64,000 bases of DNA. It comes from the human T2T-CHM13v2.0 reference genome, Homo sapiens. Positions 59,490-64,000 of the stretch are shown here, piece after piece; position 1 is the first letter of the stretch; every line of letters begins with the position of its first letter. The position numbers were made by a program, and so were the translations under genes. The notes under the pieces were generated by a model. It did not search any database. It was not told the DNA's origin and saw only the letters and a program-made list of their open reading frames with translations. The DNA is taken from assembly GCF_009914755.1 (NCBI RefSeq), contig NC_060927.1, one strand, 5' to 3'.

Positions 59490-60363
59490 TCAGTTGACCA
59501 TATACATGAGGTTTTATTTCTGGGCTCTCTCTTCTGTTTCATTGGTCTATATGTCTTCCTTATGCTAGTACAACACTGTTTTGATTACTGTAGCTTTGTA
59601 GTAAGTTTTAAAATCAGAAAATGTGAGTCTTCAAGCTTTGTTCTTCTGTTTCAAGACTGTATTGTATTGACTATTTGAGGTCCCTTCAGTTTCCATATGA
59701 ATTTAAGGATATGCTTTTCTATTTCTTCCAAAAAAAAAAAAAAAAGTCATTGGGATTTTGACAGGGATGCACCAAATCTGTAGATTGCTTTGGGTAGTAC
59801 TGACATCATAACAATAGTAAGTCTTCTAATCCATGAACATGCAATGTGTTTCCACTTATTTATGTCTTTAATTTATTTCAATAATTAAATTTATATGGTT
59901 TATTTCAATAATTATTTTTTATGGTTTTCATTTTATAAGGCTTTCACTTCCCTGGTTAATTCCTAAGTATTTTTTTTGATGCTATTGTAAATGAAATTCC
60001 TTTTGTAAGGTCCTTTTCAGACTACTTATTATTAGTGTATGAAAATGCAATTGCTTTTTGTGTGTTGGCATTGTATTCTGCTACTTTGCTGAATTCATTC
60101 ACTAGGTTTAACACATTTTGGGGGAATCTTTAGGGTTTTTTAGATGTAAGACTACATATCATCTGTGAACAGAGATAATTTTACACTTCCTTTTTAATTT
60201 GGATGGCTTTCTTTTTCTTGTCTAACTGCTATGGTTAGAACATCCATTACTATGTTGAACAGAAATAGCAAAAACTGACATCCTTCCATTGTTCCTGGTC
60301 TTAAAGAAAAAGTTTTCAGTCTTTCACCATTGAGTATGTTGTTCACTCCAAGTCTTTCACATA

Positions 60364-61136
<773 letters not shown>

Positions 61137-61873
61137 ATAAATTTTATTAGGCTGAAGTAGTTTCCATCTATTCTTAGTTTATTGAGAGTTTTTATTAAGA
61201 AATATTGTTAAATTTTGTCAAGTGCTTTTTCTGCATCTATTGAGATGATCATGTGCTTTTTTCCCTTCATTCTGTTATTGTGGTACATTACTTTTATCAA
61301 TTTCCATAAGATGAATCATCCTTGCATTCCAGGAACAAATCCCACTTGGTGATGGTGTATAATCCTATTAACATACAGCTGCATTTGGTTTGTTACTATT
61401 TTGTTGAGGATTTTTATATCAAGGTTCATACACATATACATTTAGAACTTAAACTGGTATTATTAGGAACGTTTTTCTTGAACATACTTGCTCATATGTG
61501 AAATTATATATGTGTACTAGAATATTACACATAGAATTTTTTAACACAGCAAAACACTGAACCTAACCTAATTTATATCAACTGGGGACTTGTGAAATAA
61601 ATTACTGTAGATACATATGGCACAGTTACTATATAGCGGAAGGGAAAGGAATGGAAGGGAGGGGAGGGGAGAGGAGAAGAAAAGAAAGAATAGAGAGAGA
61701 GAAGTACTGATACAGAAAGACTTGGCTGTATGTGCCTCTACATGCATAAAACATTTCTAGAGAGACACAACAGGGATTAATGATTTCCCATAAATTCAAT
61801 GTAAACATTATAATTTGGGGTGGCGTTCCTAATCAAAGTCTTAGGATCAAGTATTATAACCAAAACAATATTA

Positions 61874-62218
<345 letters not shown>

Positions 62219-62275
62219 CTATATTTCTATAATTATTTAAAGCAATAAAATTAGGTATTATGCCTATATTCAGTC

Positions 62276-62777
<502 letters not shown>

Positions 62778-62903
62778 TTGTAGACAAAAGACTATCTATT
62801 CAAAATTGTACATGAAAACCCACCTATCACTGTATTACAAGTATAATTTGATTATCAATAATATTTAGATAAGAATGCATGTTTACTGAAAACTTAAGAA
62901 CTC

Positions 62904-63200
62904 GGCCGGGCGCACTGGCTCACGCTTGTAATCCCGGCACTCTGGGAGGCCAAAGCAGGCAGATCACGAGGTCAGGGGTTTGAGACCAGCCTGACCAACA
63001 TGGTGAAACCCCATCTCTACTAAATATACAAAAATTGGCTGGGTGTGGTAGCACATGCCTGTTATCCCAGCTACTCAGGAGACTGAGACAGGAGAATCTC
63101 TTGAACCCGCGAGGCGGAGGTTGCAGTGAGCCGAGATCGCGCCACTGCACTACAACCTGGGCGACAAAGTGAGACTCCGTCTGAAAAAAAAAAAAAAAAA
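62904..63200 (+). mobile_element. AluS (Sg-like)
   Basis: Full dimer; cttaagaactc duplicated on both flanks. Confidence 0.93.
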
Positions 63201-63654
63201 GCACCTTAAGAACTCTGCATGTCTGCATGGTGGATGTGGAAGATAATTTAGATTATTCCAAACATGGTGAAATAAAGGAGGAGGAAAGATAAGGAATATA
63301 ATATTATTTTCTTTTCAAATGTAGCCTCCTATCTCCTATTTCTACCACTAGATGGAAACCAGTACAACAAATAGCTGCCAAACTGCTAATATGTTTAGAT
63401 ACAGTAAACTAATCTGAGGTGAAAACTACATCACGTGGCATTAATTACAAAGGGACAAATAGCTATGGGTCCCTATACTGACATTAACTGTAGAATGAGC
63501 ATATTTATTTTACAATTAATTGTATATGTCATTAGCTCTTGGCCTATAAATAACATCAACTCCAATCAGAGCTGTTATGGATCAATTTTTAAAAATAATA
63601 AATAAATAAATAAAAGCTGTGATTTTTTTTTATTTTTTAAAAAAAGCACTATTA

Positions 63655-64000
63655 TGACACCGAAAAAATCGTACATTGAAACCCTAACCCCCAGTAACCT
63701 CAGTGTGTGACTTTATTTAGAGATAGGGCCTTTACAGCAAAAACCAAGTTAAATTGTCATTAAGGTGGAACATAATCCAATACAACTTATTCCCTTATAA
63801 AATGGGGAGATTTGGACTTGCACAGAGGGATGACCATGTGAAGACACAGGGAGAAGACTGCCACTTACAAGCCAAACAGACCTCAAAAGCAATCAACCTT
63901 TGCTGACACCTGATCTCAGACTTACAGCTTCCAAAACTGTGAGAGCATAAACTCTGTTGTTTAAGCCACTAAGTTTGTGGTACCGTGTTACGACAGTCCT
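63655..64000 (+). mobile_element. MLT1-type MaLR LTR, running to window edge
   Basis: ccctaacccccagta; gagatagggcctttaca; tgtgaagacacagggagaag; gttgtttaagcca. Confidence 0.82.

Noticed and set aside
59872-59924. ~27-bp imperfect tandem duplication in the L1MB
   Set aside because: Old, diverged, low-complexity slippage event with no evident significance.
63343-63360. CTCF-like motif ccactagatggaaa
   Set aside because: The 3' part deviates from consensus; cannot be supported without ChIP data.

Overview
This is human (or very close hominid) genomic DNA, AT-rich and dense in repeats, with no prokaryotic features. The only well-supported host-gene exon is on the minus strand at 27007-27138 (132 nt, canonical AG/GT). 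It carries 35 nt of 5' UTR plus codons for MYHSLSETRHPLQPEEQEVGIDPLSSYSNKSG, which I recognise from memory as the N-terminus of the Rab7 GAP TBC1D5. The rest of the window is therefore intronic. Nearly all supplied ORFs are L1, Alu or LTR fragments, or chance ORFs. Repeats include several L1 generations, about 20 Alu copies or fragments, L2/MIR relics, hAT and Tigger MITEs, MaLR and ERV1 solo LTRs, and a deep nest at 54.9-61.4 kb. I found no convincing new gene system. The most unusual signals are: (1) a near-perfect ~188-bp inverted duplication created inside an L1PA2-type insertion (22359-23018); (2) two ~35-nt insertions copied from donors 2-3 kb away in this window (7801 from 10687; 43111 from 40783, inverted); (3) a candidate LTR-derived 5' UTR exon that would add a uORF just upstream of the TBC1D5 start; and (4) a candidate poison exon. 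Repeat subfamily names are from recalled consensus sequences, and boundaries of old repeats are approximate.
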